A stretch of 60,000 nucleotides of DNA from Malacoraja senta (GCA_038087875.1 CM075990.1:5024001-5084000), one strand, 5' to 3'; counted from the stretch's first letter, positions 36,703 to 50,259 are shown. Notes: a model not told the origin generated them from the letters alone. Numbers and translations: made by a program.

Positions 36703-39176
36703 GTAACTGCAAAAGATCCTTCAAATCATTGAAGTCTCCTACAATATAATATTCTGATCAATTGTTTCCACTTTAGAATTGGTGCTATACGTATAAACAA
36801 TTTTGCTAATATTGAGGCAAAGTCGTTACATGTTTTTAGTATAGATTTTGGCTAAATGTATTTTTTTGAAAAGTTGTAGGCATGTGTATTTACAAATGTG
36901 CATTTCAGTAATAGAAATGTGTTGGTTCTGGAGAAAGCAGTTTTTCATTTTAATTATTTAGCATTAGTTATATATTAAAAAAATCAAGACAATCTTTTCT
37001 GCTTTCTCCAAAAGCGACTGAACCTCAATATCGGGTAAATTTATACTAGCGACTTTGAGTCCTGAAAAGCGCTATATAAATAAAAAGTATTATTATTATT
37101 ATTACTGCATTATTAATTCTTTAAGTGTATTTTTATGATATAAATAATTTGTGCGTTGAATAATCTTGGATAACTTGATTAACCATTAGTGCAGAAATCC
37201 ATGTACATAGTTCTGTGAGAGCACTGGCAAACCATAGTATTCATTGAACTACTGGCTGCCCATAATCCAATGGATTACTTGACCAAATAAAGGTTTTGGT
37301 GAGTGTCCATGTTCAAAAGTGTTTTGAGTTCACTGATTTTTTTTTAGGTCTATAGCAGAATCTCTCCTTGTTGAAGTAAGCAATATCAGGGCATATTTGA
37401 CAGTTTGGAATTTCACATTATTAAAAGATAAAAAAGAGCAAATGTGGATTTAAATGGTGGCTTTCTCTGAGCACTTTACATTTAATATTCTTGACTACTT
37501 GATTATCTATTTAGTACTTTGTCAATTGCTGTCATTGTAATGTTGTGAACTCTGCAGCCAGTTTCTTCACTAGGAGGTCTCGCCCATAACAATTAAGTAA
37601 AATGGCTGGGAAACTGGTTTCTGTTGATGCAAAGTGAATCTGAAGATGTTGTCTGCTCTTCGAGTTGTGCAATTATATTGTCCACCTGAGAAGCCAGTTT
37701 GGGTATTGATTCAATAATTCAAAACTAACTTTTTGTATAGTTTAGTTTAGAGACACAGTGTGGACAGGCTCTTTGGTCCACTGAATCCACATGTACCAAC
37801 AATCACCCGTACACTAATTCTATCCTACACGCTAGGGACAATTTACAGAAGCCAATTAACCTACAAACCTGCTCGTCTTTGGAATGTGGGAGGAAACCCA
37901 CGCGGTCACAGGGAGAACGTGCAATCTCTGTACACACAACACCTGTAATCACAGTTGAACCCAGGTGTCTGGCGCTGCAAGTCAGCAACTCTACCGCTGC
38001 ACCGCTATGCAAATTATATTTGAATAGTACCTTCAACACAGTAAAACAACCTGACATACCTTAAGGGAGAGTTATTAAATAAAATGTGATATAATCTCAC
38101 ATGAAAAACAGCAGCTTTGATAGCACAACACTCCGTTTGATATATACCGAATAGCTTGATAATGTTCTCTTGTCTCTGGAGTGGATGCCATATTGCTTAT
38201 CCTGACTAATGTGGCAATAAATATTTATAATGGTGGCAGTGTTACATAACCTATCCTCATCCAGCAGCACACTTTTACACTTCCAGTCCAACATCATTTT
38301 TGGCCCAGCTAATGTGACATAGAAAAACACAAAATGCTAGAGTAACTTAGTGGGTCAGGCAGCTGAGATTACTGACTTTCAGACTATCGGAAGGTCCAGA
38401 CCTGAATCGTCACCTGTCCATGTTCTCCAGTGTTGCTACCTATCCTGCTGAGTTACTTCAGCACTTTGTATCTATTTTTGTAAACCGGCGTCTGCAGTTC
38501 TTTGTTTCTCTGTTCTGTAACATAGAGTTACAGGGCATACAATTCAAGATTGGTAAGTATTGCTTTATGCACTCAATTCAGCACCTGGCAGCACAGCTTA
38601 GTACATCCTACACGTTAACAGGGCTTTCAGAGAATGTGGTTGGTTGCTTGATGTTTTTGTAGGCGACGTTAATACACTGAATTTAAAACAAAGTGGCTTG
38701 GCACATTCTGATGCTGTGAAAAGCACTGTGTAACTGGAGACATAAGAGACTGCAGATGCTGGAGTCTTGAACTAAAACAGTGCTGAAGGAACTCAGCAGG
38801 TTAGGCATCACTTGTGGAGGGAACTGGACGTGAAATCGGGACTCTTCAACTTGAGAAGCCAGTGTTGGTTCAATAACCTGAAATGTTCTGATCAGAAACA
38901 TCATCTATCCATTTCTCTCTACAGTTGCTTGACCAGCTGAGTTCCAACAGTGCTTTGTGTTTTACACTATACAGCCGGAGTTCTTTACTGTTTTTCTTGC
39001 CTGTAGATGTTATACTTCCAACTCCTTATTGGTCAAGCAATGGTCATGGATCAATGGGTAACTTTATTTGAAAATTAGAACAAATAATTAAATAGCTTAA
39101 CGTTGCTGCACATGAATTGCTTAAATCTATCAATTATTATTGGAATGAAGTTCCATTATCATCCTTTACACTATAG

Positions 39177-39300
39177 GTACCTCAGCACAACAATTGGACG
39201 CTACCTTCAGCACAAATGCAGCATTAGAAATCTATGAGTTAGATTTTTCAGACCCATCGTTGGATGTAAAGTTGCGGGGCTCTCTACCTGCCACCACCAG
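39177..39300 (+). CDS. SEC31B: SEC31B exon (WD40)
   Basis: [40 protein letters not shown](R); ctatag / GTAAGT. Confidence 0.95.
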
Positions 39301-40059
39301 GTAAGTGTATAGCATACATATGTAGGAAGGAACCGCAGATGCTGGTTTACACCAAAGATAGACACAAAATGCTGGGGTAACTGTTTGGGACAGGCAGCAT
39401 CTCTGGAGAGAAGGAATGGGTGACGTTTCGGGTCGAGACCCTTCTTCAGACATACATATCCTAAAGTGGCAATAATGAAATCCACAAATTACAAAAGAGA
39501 ATTTGTGGGCAAATGAAGGTAGACAAAAATGCTGGAGAAACTCAGCGGGTGAGGCAGCATCTATGGAGCGAAGGAAATAGGCGACGTTTCGGGTCGAGAC
39601 CCTTCTTCAGAAATGTTGTTTGTTTGCAGTGTAACCTGGCTATTTAAAAGTATTTGTTATAATTTTACTGTTAGAATATTTTCCAAAATGGACAACATTA
39701 TTACATCCTTACACTGAAGTCACTTCTCAAAAAAGCTAGATGTTCTTTTCGCAATAAAAATGGGTGGGTGGTGTAGACAGACACCTGAGACGGTATATGA
39801 TTTAAACACATCTTTAATCAGCACTGTAACTTGGCAGCATTTCACATGCATCATCAATCTACAGGTGGTATAGCAGATTGGAGGAACTCTCATTGTGTTG
39901 TGTAGTTGGGACAACATAACAAAGGAGAACCACCAGCATTATTTTACGCATTACCTCAAGTAGGAGAAGTGTCAGGTTGAATAATATGAAGATCAACACG
40001 GTTTAAGAGTGGATGTTTTGGGGGGAAGATAAATAAATCTTGTGTGGTAAATGTTACAG

Positions 40060-40246
40060 ATTTCACAAACTTATCTGGAGCAACCATGGTGCAAGTTCTG
40101 ATGGAGTCATTGCGGCTGGAGGGGATACCGGGACCATCACCCTTTATAGCGCAGAACAGATCCTTGCAGCTGGAAATGATCCCATCATCGGCCAGAGTGA
40201 GAAGCATGGGGGCCCAGTCCGAGGGTTGGATTTTAACCCCTTTCAG
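40060..40246 (+). CDS. SEC31B: SEC31B exon (WD40)
   Basis: FHKLIWSNHGASSDGVIAAGGDTGTITLYSAEQILAAGNDPIIGQSEKHGGPVRGLDFNPFQ; ttacag / GTACTG. Confidence 0.95.
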
Positions 40247-40648
40247 GTACTGAATCTATTGTCTTGCTTACAGTTAAAAGTATCAGTGAACTATGCATAG
40301 TATTACCTTCCTTATACATTTAAAAAAATGGAGTTTGATTATGTCGTATGCAAAAAATACATTTATTTGTTTGTAGGCTGCTACTCTATAGCAGGTTTGT
40401 GCAATATTTATTTATTATGAATTTAAAATCACAAAAGTAAGCTGTACAGAAAGGTGCGCCTTTAAGATCCAAAGGCTTGAGTCTTTGGTTTTGAAATGGG
40501 CTGAATGACTCTTTTATTAGGAGAGTAATAGCCAATTGTAAAAAGTACAAATTACGTTCTTTCAAAAATTGGTATATTTCTCCGTATTTCCTCCCCCTGC
40601 ACTTAAGAATGGATAGTAATCGAAATGGCATGTTATTAATAATAACTA

Positions 40649-41301
40649 CAGTAAACCCTCGTTATTATGGACCTCTTTTTTGGGGTTATAGTGGACTGTG
40701 CCTTTAAGAACACAGAATTACATTTCGGGGGCTTTTGAAATTGGCACGGCATGGAAATTGGCACGGCATCGCTTGGATTGGCACTTAACTCTTTTAAACA
40801 ATAACAAACAGCCTTTAGTATTTTTACCAGTAACAATTCATGTTTAGCTGTAAAAAGAACCTTGTACACTTCGCATGTTCGTGGCTTTCGAAGGAAAAAC
40901 AGAGTTAACGTTAAAGATCAATATCTTTTCACCCTGAACTTCGGGTGGGCAATTAGTGATGGGAATCTCACTTAGAGCGGGACAAGGTTTCCTCACCCCG
41001 CTATCCCAATGCCCCCAGACTTCCCGTTTTGCTCCTAATCTCTGAATGCAGGAGTCAGTAGCACGGGCAATGTTTATCATCAGTCCCCAGCTGGATAAGA
41101 TGGTGCCGGGCAGCCTTGGGCTGCTGCGCTCTGTGTGATGAGGGAGGTCTCACTGGCTCTCAATGACAGGGCTCCAGCATTCTGACCCTATGCCCGGGCA
41201 GTGTTGGCAATGAGGGGAACCCTTACATGGTTATAGCAGACAATCGGCAATAACGGACACCATTCTCCTCGCTCTAGTCTGTTATAAACGAAGGTGTACT
41301 A
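40649..41301. mobile_element. Tigger/pogo-like MITE
   Basis: TA|CAGTAAACCCTCGTTAT... with a degenerate inverted end GTTATAAACGAAGGTGTACTA|TA. Confidence 0.55.
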
Positions 41302-42560
41302 TATTGATGCTTTATTTTTAAACAACCAAGTAGTTTGCGGAAAATGTGACATAACTTAATTTGTTTTGATGGTATCTATATAAAAATCTGCTCAAGTAAT
41401 TCCAACCCGTACAGAATGTTCTTGCATTATATCTTTTGACATGACCTCGTAAATCCTCCAGGCAACTCTATAGTGAGATTTGGCATTTTTTGTTCACTCT
41501 GCTATACCAACATAATAGAATGCTGAGTGGCAAGTTTGTCTTGGTGTGTAGTAAAGTTGAGATGTGGCTTTCAAGAGGTTCAGTGGCTGAAAGGAAATTT
41601 GTTATTTTAATAAACAGCAACAAGTTGAGTCAAGTCAAGTTTATTGTTATATATCCACAAGTACGATGAGGTGCAAGTACAACGAAAATCTTGCTTGCAA
41701 CAGCATCACATCATACAGACTCAACAACACAGAACCATTTTATAAATAAATTGTACATCATTTACACAATTCTACACAATGAAAATAAAAAAAACTGGAA
41801 AAAAAGACATTCGTGCAAAATTGCATACTTACAAAACAAGTACATCGTAGTTTTCTTGCCAAGGTAGGATTAGCGTTGTGCAGGTCGGATCAAGAACATA
41901 ATGGTTTTGAGAGACGAGAAAGTCTGTGCTGTAATTATCCATGCCAAATGTGGGATGATCGGGTTTGTCAGGTTGGTTGGTGTTTCTGCAAAATGACATG
42001 ACTTTAACATTGATATGGGTGATACAGTTCATGAATTTAGCAAACAAATTGGCTGAAAAATAAGCATTACAAAGATCTGGCCAACAACATTGTTTGGAAG
42101 TATTCCCCTTGCATAATAATAAGATCATTCTGGCTGCAGCACATGTGAGGGGGGGGGGGGAAATATAGGCCTTTGAAGGCCTTAATTTGAGAGAGCAGGT
42201 TGCAAAGATTAGGTTATATCCTGTTGAACTGTAAGATGATTACAGGATTTAACAGGTTAAGTAGAGATAAGCTAGTTTGTCTGCTGAGTGAGTAAACAAG
42301 GGGGTGTAACCAAGAAATTACTGTAAAGTGATGATTACAAGTATTTTGTACTTGGCGGAAAGGTGGAACTAATGCTTCGAGGGAAAATTACTGCAGTGAT
42401 TAGGATAACTAAAAAAAATTAAACACTTACATTAATGGATAATTCTTAGGTAAGAGATGTATGGACTCGGGAGACCGAATGGCTTATTCCTCACTGGTAT
42501 TATTTAATGTTGAGTTTGATTATTGAAATATTACAGATGCTGTTGTATTTTGTTTTTAAG

Positions 42561-42656
42561 GACAACCTCATGGCTTCTGGAGCTAATGATTCTGAGATAT
42601 ATATTTGGGATTTAAATAACTTCAGTACACCAATGACACCAGGAGCAAAATCACAG
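42561..42656 (+). CDS. SEC31B: SEC31B exon (WD40)
   Basis: [32 protein letters not shown]; ttttaag / GTATGC. Confidence 0.95.
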
Positions 42657-43207
42657 GTATGCTGCACTTATTAACAATGGTGTATACTGCACATCCTATC
42701 TATGTATCTGCTAATTTTCAAAATAACTACTAGACAGAAGGGCCATAGTTCATGGGAGGGAGGATATGGGGTATTGACTTATTTAAGTGCCAATTCCTGT
42801 TGATGGGTGACAATATCTAGAAACAAATTGAGTGTGGAAACAGCACAAGTAGAATCATAATCTTAGGTACACAAAAATGCTGGAGAAACTCAGCGGGTGC
42901 AGCAGCATCTATAGTTTCTCCATATTTTTGTGTACCTTCGATTTTCCAGCATCTGCAGTTCCTTCTTTAACACTAGAATCATAATCTTGTTGGTTCTTGA
43001 CTAAATATCATAGTGAGTGGATTTCTTAATGTATTGAAATGCACCTAAATTGTCCTTTGTTCAGTACTTGGGTCTCAATAAGTAGAAACTGCAGTATTTT
43101 TCTAAAATCTATGTACTTCGACACTATATATAAATTATTGACTTTATCTTTCATTGCCGTGTAAATAACATCATTCTTTCGCTTCTCTTTTCTCTATCCA
43201 ACCACAG

Positions 43208-43216
43208 CAAAGAGAG
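43208..43216 (+). CDS. SEC31B: Candidate 9-nt alternative microexon of SEC31B (QRE)
   Basis: Long pyrimidine tract + cacag | CAAAGAGAG | GTAAGG within a phase-0 intron; frame-preserving. Prediction only. Confidence 0.5.
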
Positions 43217-43973
43217 GTAAGGTTTAAATTGAGAATTCTGCAGTTTGGTAATGTAAGGATCTGCAGAATTAACTGCAATATTCCCCTTTTTGCGTGTTAA
43301 TTTGTATGTTTCTTCCCTTTTCTGCCCTTTAAACTGCAACTTTCTTCAGTGTGATTTATGTGTGCCTTTATGTACAATATCATCTATATTTTTCTCTTCT
43401 TAATCAAAATGAGTGTGTGGTTCTCTCTGCTATTCCTTTCGTCCTTAATCAGCTTGTGAATCTGCTCTGTTCTTAACATTTAATGATCGTGAGTCTTCCT
43501 GAGGTGTGATTATTATCCTGAAAGTTGGTGTCTGGGTAGTTTGCATTAGTGGCAGAACATGAATTACAGAATGCAGAGTTTACACTGCTCCTGGCAGTCC
43601 AGGTGAGAGTAGGCTGGAGCATGAACAATTTTACACATAGCTTCTTTGCACCCTTCCTCCATACCATTAATTAATAACATGGCTTGCTTGGGCCCATTAA
43701 TCCATCCTCTCATGTTTTGGGCGTAATAGCCATGAAAGGAACACTTCTGTTAATTACCCAACAAATCCTTTCTAACAACTTCACATTACACTTAAAAGGA
43801 AGTATATGAAGACTTTAACTACACAAAATGCAATGTATCTCCACTGTGATCAGTCTCTCCATTGCCACTCTCCCCTTTGCATTGTTTATGCTTTCCTATC
43901 TCTGCTTGCTCTAATTTTTGCACATCACCTGACTCTTCAAACCATATTGGGTTCCCTTTCCAATCTGCATGTG

Positions 43974-44025
43974 AGTCGTCATTCAGTTTGCATGTCTCTG
44001 TTGACATGCAAACTGAATGACGACT
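43974..44025. repeat. Perfect 23-bp inverted repeat with 6-nt loop
   Basis: AGTCGTCATTCAGTTTGCATGTC-TCTGTT-GACATGCAAACTGAATGACGACT. Confidence 0.95.
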
Positions 44026-45890
44026 GGGGTTTCTCTCATTCCATCCATCTTTCATGGGTTCTGATCACAGTTAGATATAAATGTTTTCCAGAATTATGTG
44101 AGCTTTCTATGCAAATTCCACCGATAAGAAGAATATTGATATTATATAATATGTATATTCTGTGTGTCATGGAGCAAAGTTGTTCCTTGTACGTACCAGA
44201 AATTGGAATTTAAATGAATGGTTGTTGCTGTTGTGTATACAGTATGGGATATATTGGATACAATACATTCTCAAATTATCAGTAGGAATTTACAGCATAA
44301 AATCAATATTAACAAATGATCAGAAAAGTGGCATTAACACGAGCAACACTAGATGCAGGTGGTATTGAAAAAAGTACAGACATTAGTTATGTAAAGATAG
44401 ATCCATTGAAAGCACTGATTTTGGTTTAAAGGACACCACTGTTGTGAACAAGATGGGATCTGGGTATTTTTAAAGTGGAGAATGACAGATTATTGAGTAG
44501 TATGGGTATCAAAGGTTACGGGGAGAAAGCAGGAGAATGGGGTTGAGAGGGAAAGGTAAATCAGCCATGATTGAATGGCGGAGTACACCCGATGGACCGA
44601 ATGGCCTGATTCTTGGTTAGTACAGGTGTCAGAGGTTATGGGGAGAAGGCAGGAGAATAGGGTTAGGAGGGAGGAGGATCAGCCATGATTGAATGGCTGA
44701 GTAGACATGATGGGCCGAATGGCCTAATTCTACTTGTATTCCTTATGACCTTATGTAATAGGCTGAACCTGGTATCTACTGTGCCAGAGAATACAACTCT
44801 ATATTGTGACTGAGATACTAGCTATTTTAATTACTCAATGGTAGAAATGGACCAAAATGTGTTTTGAAGATGTATGTAAAACTAAATGTGTCTTTCATTT
44901 TCATTCTTTGCCCATCCTTTGACCCCAGTTATGTTTCTCTCCCATGGATGAGACTGATAAACTTGGTCTCGCTGTATTTTTCTGTTCAAACTAGATGTGT
45001 GTCAGGTCCTCATCAAAGATCCATTTGTTCAACTTGTCCCTGCATTTGAGCCTTTTGTTGCACTTGGACTCCTCTCTATCTTTAATTAGATTATGCCTGA
45101 AAGTGCAAAGACCTATTTGAATTTTGCAGTAGCTGTCTGAGCTAATGCATAATTGAGTGTTTCACTAAGTATCATTAATTCAGATACCTTTGCTGCATCA
45201 CTCGCATTTCCCACCTTTGTAATCCCTTCCAGATCTAGTCTGACTGACTTTTTGTGTTTTATTCCACCTCATCATCATCACAGCCTTCTGTTCTACTCCC
45301 TAGAAGTTCCTCCTCATTTCTCCATTGAAACTTCTACCTTTTTGTACCCCAGGTTTTAGTCATCCCTCTAATTATTCCCTCAGTGTCTGCCAACTATTTA
45401 TGATTGCTGTGGGGAATTACTGTTAAATGTGACATTTAAATAGAAGTCTGTAACTGCTCACACCTGCTCCCTTGCTGAACCTTTCTTCCAAGCTGTTTCA
45501 CAAAGTAGTTTGCAGGCTTGAGGTCCACGGAAGAGTTGGTGAAATCTTGTGTCAAGTGCTGAAGTTTCAGGTCATTTGCACTGAAGAATGTTTCCCTTTT
45601 AATGAGATCCTTTGAATTCAGATAGGGAGGAATTTTGAGGGGGTGGGTGGGGGAGGTATGAGGACTAGTGCAGGGATGGGGAGTAGCTGGGGGTCACATG
45701 GTTAAAAGAAGGGGACGGGGAAGACCCGGTGGAATCACCACTGAAGTTCCCTGTATGACTTTGAGGGGGGGATGAGGACCAGTGCAGAAGGGTCTAAACC
45801 CGAAACGTCACCCTTTCCTTCTATCCAGAGATGCTGCCTGTCCTGCTGAGTTACTTCAGCATTCTGTGTCTATCCTTTAAATTCATGCAG

Positions 45891-46031
45891 CCTTCTGAAG
45901 ATATCAGTTGTGTGGCCTGGAATCGGCAAGTGCAGCATATCCTGGCTTCTGCTCATCCGAGTGGTAGAGGTGTGGTGTGGGATCTGAGGAAGAATGAACC
46001 TATCATCAAAGTCAGTGACCACAGCAACAGG
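45891..46031 (+). CDS. SEC31B: SEC31B exon (WD40)
   Basis: [47 protein letters not shown]; atgcag / GTGAGT. SAHPSG is the B-paralog form as recalled. Confidence 0.95.
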
Positions 46032-46699
46032 GTGAGTGCATTACTTTGAATCCCAAAAGTACCTTTCACTGCTAATTGACTTTGTCCCTAGTGGGTTACC
46101 ACAATATTTTCCAATGGGATTGCCAAGCTTTGTTTAAAAAGGTAAATTTGTGACATTTTTATTTCTCTTTATTTCAATGTACAATATTTTAAATAAACTA
46201 ACATTTTAATTTTAACTTTCAGTTTTAAATGCTTTTGAATATCAGTCATTTAAAAATAGTGAATTGGTAGCAAGAAGAGTCAAGAGTCAAGAGAGTTTTA
46301 TTGTCATGCGTCCCAGATAGGACAATGAAATTCTTGCTTGCTGCAGCACAACAGAATATTGTAAGCATAATACAGAACAATTCAGGGTGTCTATATACCA
46401 TAGACCATATATATACACATAAATAAATAGATAATGTGCAATAGGCTGTTATAGTTCAGAGTTTGTTTGATGGCGTGTTTAATAGCCTGATGGCTGTGGG
46501 GAAGAAGCTGGTCCTGAACATGGATGTTCCAGATTATATTGCTAGTCTCATTCCAGCTCCTTGCTGGTGCAAGCTATGGCCAATGTTACTTTCAGTTTGA
46601 GAGCACACCTGAGTAACATACCAGTGCCAAGAAAATGTCTATTGTTGGTAGTGGGGTTATGTGTCTTCCCTGTGAGTTGACTGGGGCAGTGAAGAGGAA

Positions 46700-47050
46700 A
46701 AATGTTCACGATGTTGGGGAAGTCCAGAACCAGGGGTCACAGTTTAAGAATAAGGGGTAGGCCATTTAGAACTGAGATATGGAAAAACTTTTTCACCCAG
46801 AGAGTTGTGAATCTGTGGAATTCTCTGTCACAGAAGGCAGTGGAGGCCAATTCACTGGATGTTTTCCAGAGAGTTAGATATAGCTCTTGGAATGGAATTA
46901 AGGAATCAAGGACTAATGGAATCAAGGGATATGGGGGGAAAAGCAAGAACTGGATTGTGATTTTGGATGATCAGCGATGATCATATTAAATGGCGGTGCT
47001 GATTCGAAGGGCCGAATGGCCTACTCCTGCACCTATTTTCTATGTTTCTA
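46700..47050 (+). mobile_element. CR1 LINE 3' fragment
   Basis: SRTRGHSLRIRG...FFTQRVVNLWNSL and CR1 3' tail GAATGGCCTACTCCTGCACC. Confidence 0.85.
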
Positions 47051-47221
47051 AGAACTTTATTCACTATAATTTGTGTTCTACAAAATCCAAACATCAAATG
47101 CTAACATTACATGCCTGGAATTGTACATCTCAATATTTGGATCCTTCATCAAATCTGCACTAAAATTTGCTCAAGCAAAACGTCTAAAATTACTAGGGTG
47201 GTTTCATTACGTCTTTTGTAG

Positions 47222-47364
47222 ATGCGATGCTCTGGAATGGCCTGGAACCCTGAAGTTGCTACTCAACTTGTTCTTGCATCTGAAGACGACCGCATGCCCG
47301 TGCTGCAAATATGGGACTTGCGCTTTGCCACTTCTCCTCTCAAAGTTCTAGAGAATCACACCAG
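47222..47364 (+). CDS. SEC31B: SEC31B exon (WD40)
   Basis: [47 protein letters not shown](R); tttgtag / GTACTG. Confidence 0.95.
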
Positions 47365-48083
47365 GTACTGAAGCATCACCTGGGCATGGTGTCGCAGCTT
47401 CAAATCTGCTGCCTTTACGGAACAAAATGGTGTGGTACATAAGCAGAGGTCTGTGTCTTTGGGGATATGTTATGCACTCTTTAGAAATGTGAGAGCAACA
47501 AATTATCAGTATGATTGCAGAGAAATTAAAAGTGTATGCCTGGAAATTGCAAAGTTGTGCCATCCCATATTTTCTTTGGTAGAAACTTTCCAATCTACAA
47601 ATGTGATTTTTCGTCTTTGGCCTCTTCCATTCATACTAGTAATTAAGTTTTTCTTTCTACTTTTTTGTAGCTGTCATTTCTTGTTCAATGTAGTTCCTTA
47701 TTTTGCTTACTATTTTAAGTTTTCTCGACTTTTGAATATTGTTCACTGACTCCCTAACCTTGTATGTGGAACTATTGGACCCTCTTATTCTGCTTGAGGA
47801 GTTCTCCATCCTTGTGTGCCTTATATAATTACCCTGGGACCCTGCCTTCATTTTGCAGTGAAAATGAAGTTAGGGTCCAAAAAGCATCATCAAATGCATT
47901 CTGTTACTCATCTGAAATTGACTGAAGATCTCTGTGTTCAGCAAGCCAGGAATGGAACAAAGTTGCTCTAACATATATGTATTATATAACTTTGAACTGA
48001 AAGAGACTCCAAGAATTTACCAAAAGAGAACCCTAAAGGCATAATTCAACGTGGCTTCCCTCCCCCCACAATCAGTCTGAACG

Positions 48084-48776
48084 AGACCTGGGTGTGCTTG
48101 TACATCAGTCACTGAAAGTAAGCATGCAGGTACAGCAGGCAGTGAAGAAAGCTAATGGCATGTTGGCCTTCATTGCGAGAGGATTTGAGTTTGGGAGCAA
48201 GGAGGTCCCACTGCAGTTGTACAGGGCCCTGGTGAGACCACACCTGGAGTATTGTGTGCAATTGTGGCCTCCTAATTTGAGGAAGGACATTTTTGCTATT
48301 GAGGGAGTGCAGCGTAGGTTCACCAGGTTAATTCCCGGGATGGCGCGACTGACATATGATGAAAGAATGGGTCGACTGGGCTTGTATTCACTGGAATTTA
48401 GAAGGATGAGAGGGGATCTTATAGGAACATATAATTTTTTTTTAAAGGATTGGACAGGCTAGATGCAGGAAAAATGTTCCCGATATTGGGTGAGTCCAGA
48501 TCCAGCGGTTACAGTTTAAAAATAAGGGGTAGGCCATTTCGGCCTGAGATGAGGAAAAATACTTTCACCCAGAGAGTTGTGAATCTGTGGAATGCTCTGC
48601 CACAGAAGGCAGTGGAGGCCAATTCACTGGATGTTTTCAAGAAATAGATTTAGCTCTTAGGGCTAAAGGAATCAAGGGATGGGGAAAACGCAGGAACAGG
48701 GTATTGATCAGCCATGATCATATTGAATGGCAGTGCTGGCTCGAGGGGCCGAATGGCCTACTCCTGCACCTATTTT
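48084..48776 (+). mobile_element. CR1 LINE 3' fragment
   Basis: QAVKKANGMLAFI..LYRALVRPHLEYCVQ.W.P..LGLYSLEFRRMRGDLI. Confidence 0.9.
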
Positions 48777-50259
48777 TGTATGAAGAAGGGTCCTGACCTG
48801 AAACGTCATCTATCCATTTACCCCAGAGATGCTGCCTGGCCCACCGAGCTTCTCTAGCACTTTGTGTCTTAACTTGGTTCAAATTGACCTGAAAGCAAGT
48901 GAGAAACCACAATTATTCAAACAATAAATTGACAAGATAGTGAAAAAATATGTTAGGCTGAGAGAGAATGGGAAAAATCAGTCAGACATGTAAAACTAGG
49001 CAAATGGAACACTGATGGTCCCTGCAAAGAGAGACCTGGAACAGACATAAATAGGGCAGCAGTGTTTCAAGAAGTAGTGACACAACTAATTGAGATTGCA
49101 CATGCTGCATAAAAGGAATACATTTAATCTCTGTAATTTTGACTTGAGGACTAGGCCACGAGAGGGGTAAATTCTAAAATGAGAGTGTTTATGATAAATT
49201 TTTGAGATGACATTTAAAAGCATATTTTGTTCTACATATCCTTATTTGAACTAATATTCTCTTAGCTGGAATATAGCATGTCCACCCTGTCTGAAGAAGG
49301 GTCTCGACCCGAAATGTCACCTATTTCTTTTCTCCAGAGATGCTGTCTGACCCGCTGAGTTACTCCAGCTTTTTGTGTCTATCTTTAGTTTAAACCAGCA
49401 TCTATAGTTCCTTCTTACACATCAGAGAAGTACCTTTTCTTAGACTGTTTTGATTGGGATTTGTGCTTGATAATAAGACCTGTTTGTGAGCTAGAGAGTG
49501 TGTTGCTACAATTTAAGATGATCATGATGGAAGGAAAAAAAAAGGTCGGGAAAATTCTGTGGCTATTCTAATTATTTTCAAATTTGGTCAGAAATATTCT
49601 GCCTGAAAATGGCTCGCATCTTTGATGGAATCATTTTAAATTTTCCTGCGTATTTTTTCATGTCTCTGCTGATGCCTGGGTTTAAAAGTTCGGCTCAACA
49701 CTTTTGTTCAAGCTGCTGTTGGAATAATTTACACGAGACCTGAATAACAGTTAACTTCTTTATTTGCAATAACTTGTCAGACAACGAGAACAGTAAAGCA
49801 AGAGACTCAAAGTATGCAGCCTTCTTATGTCATATTTGACAGGGACATATGTACAGTGGGTCAGGTATAGTTCACAAGATCCAGTATTCTGCCTTCGACC
49901 TGTAGCAGCACAGCCTTATCACTAAAAAAGATGTCCAAGTTGTTGACTTGGTGGGTTAGTATAACCAGATATATTTAGCCCAGCGCATAAAGGAAAATTT
50001 ACTGGATTCAAGTTCAATTCCCACAGCATGAAGTTCTGCCCATGATCTTGACAAGATGGAGGAATAGTCCAGTTCCCACAATTTCCACACTGTCCTTTAT
50101 AACCACACCCCAATCTCTGCAGCTTCATGTTTGAAACTAAATCCTAATCTTTAAAAAAATCATAAAATTAAACTGAATCCTGTGATTCTAATGTTACTTT
50201 ATTTTTATTTTTAAGCACTACTTTTGCATGATTTGCTGACAGCTTTCCCTTTCTCATAG

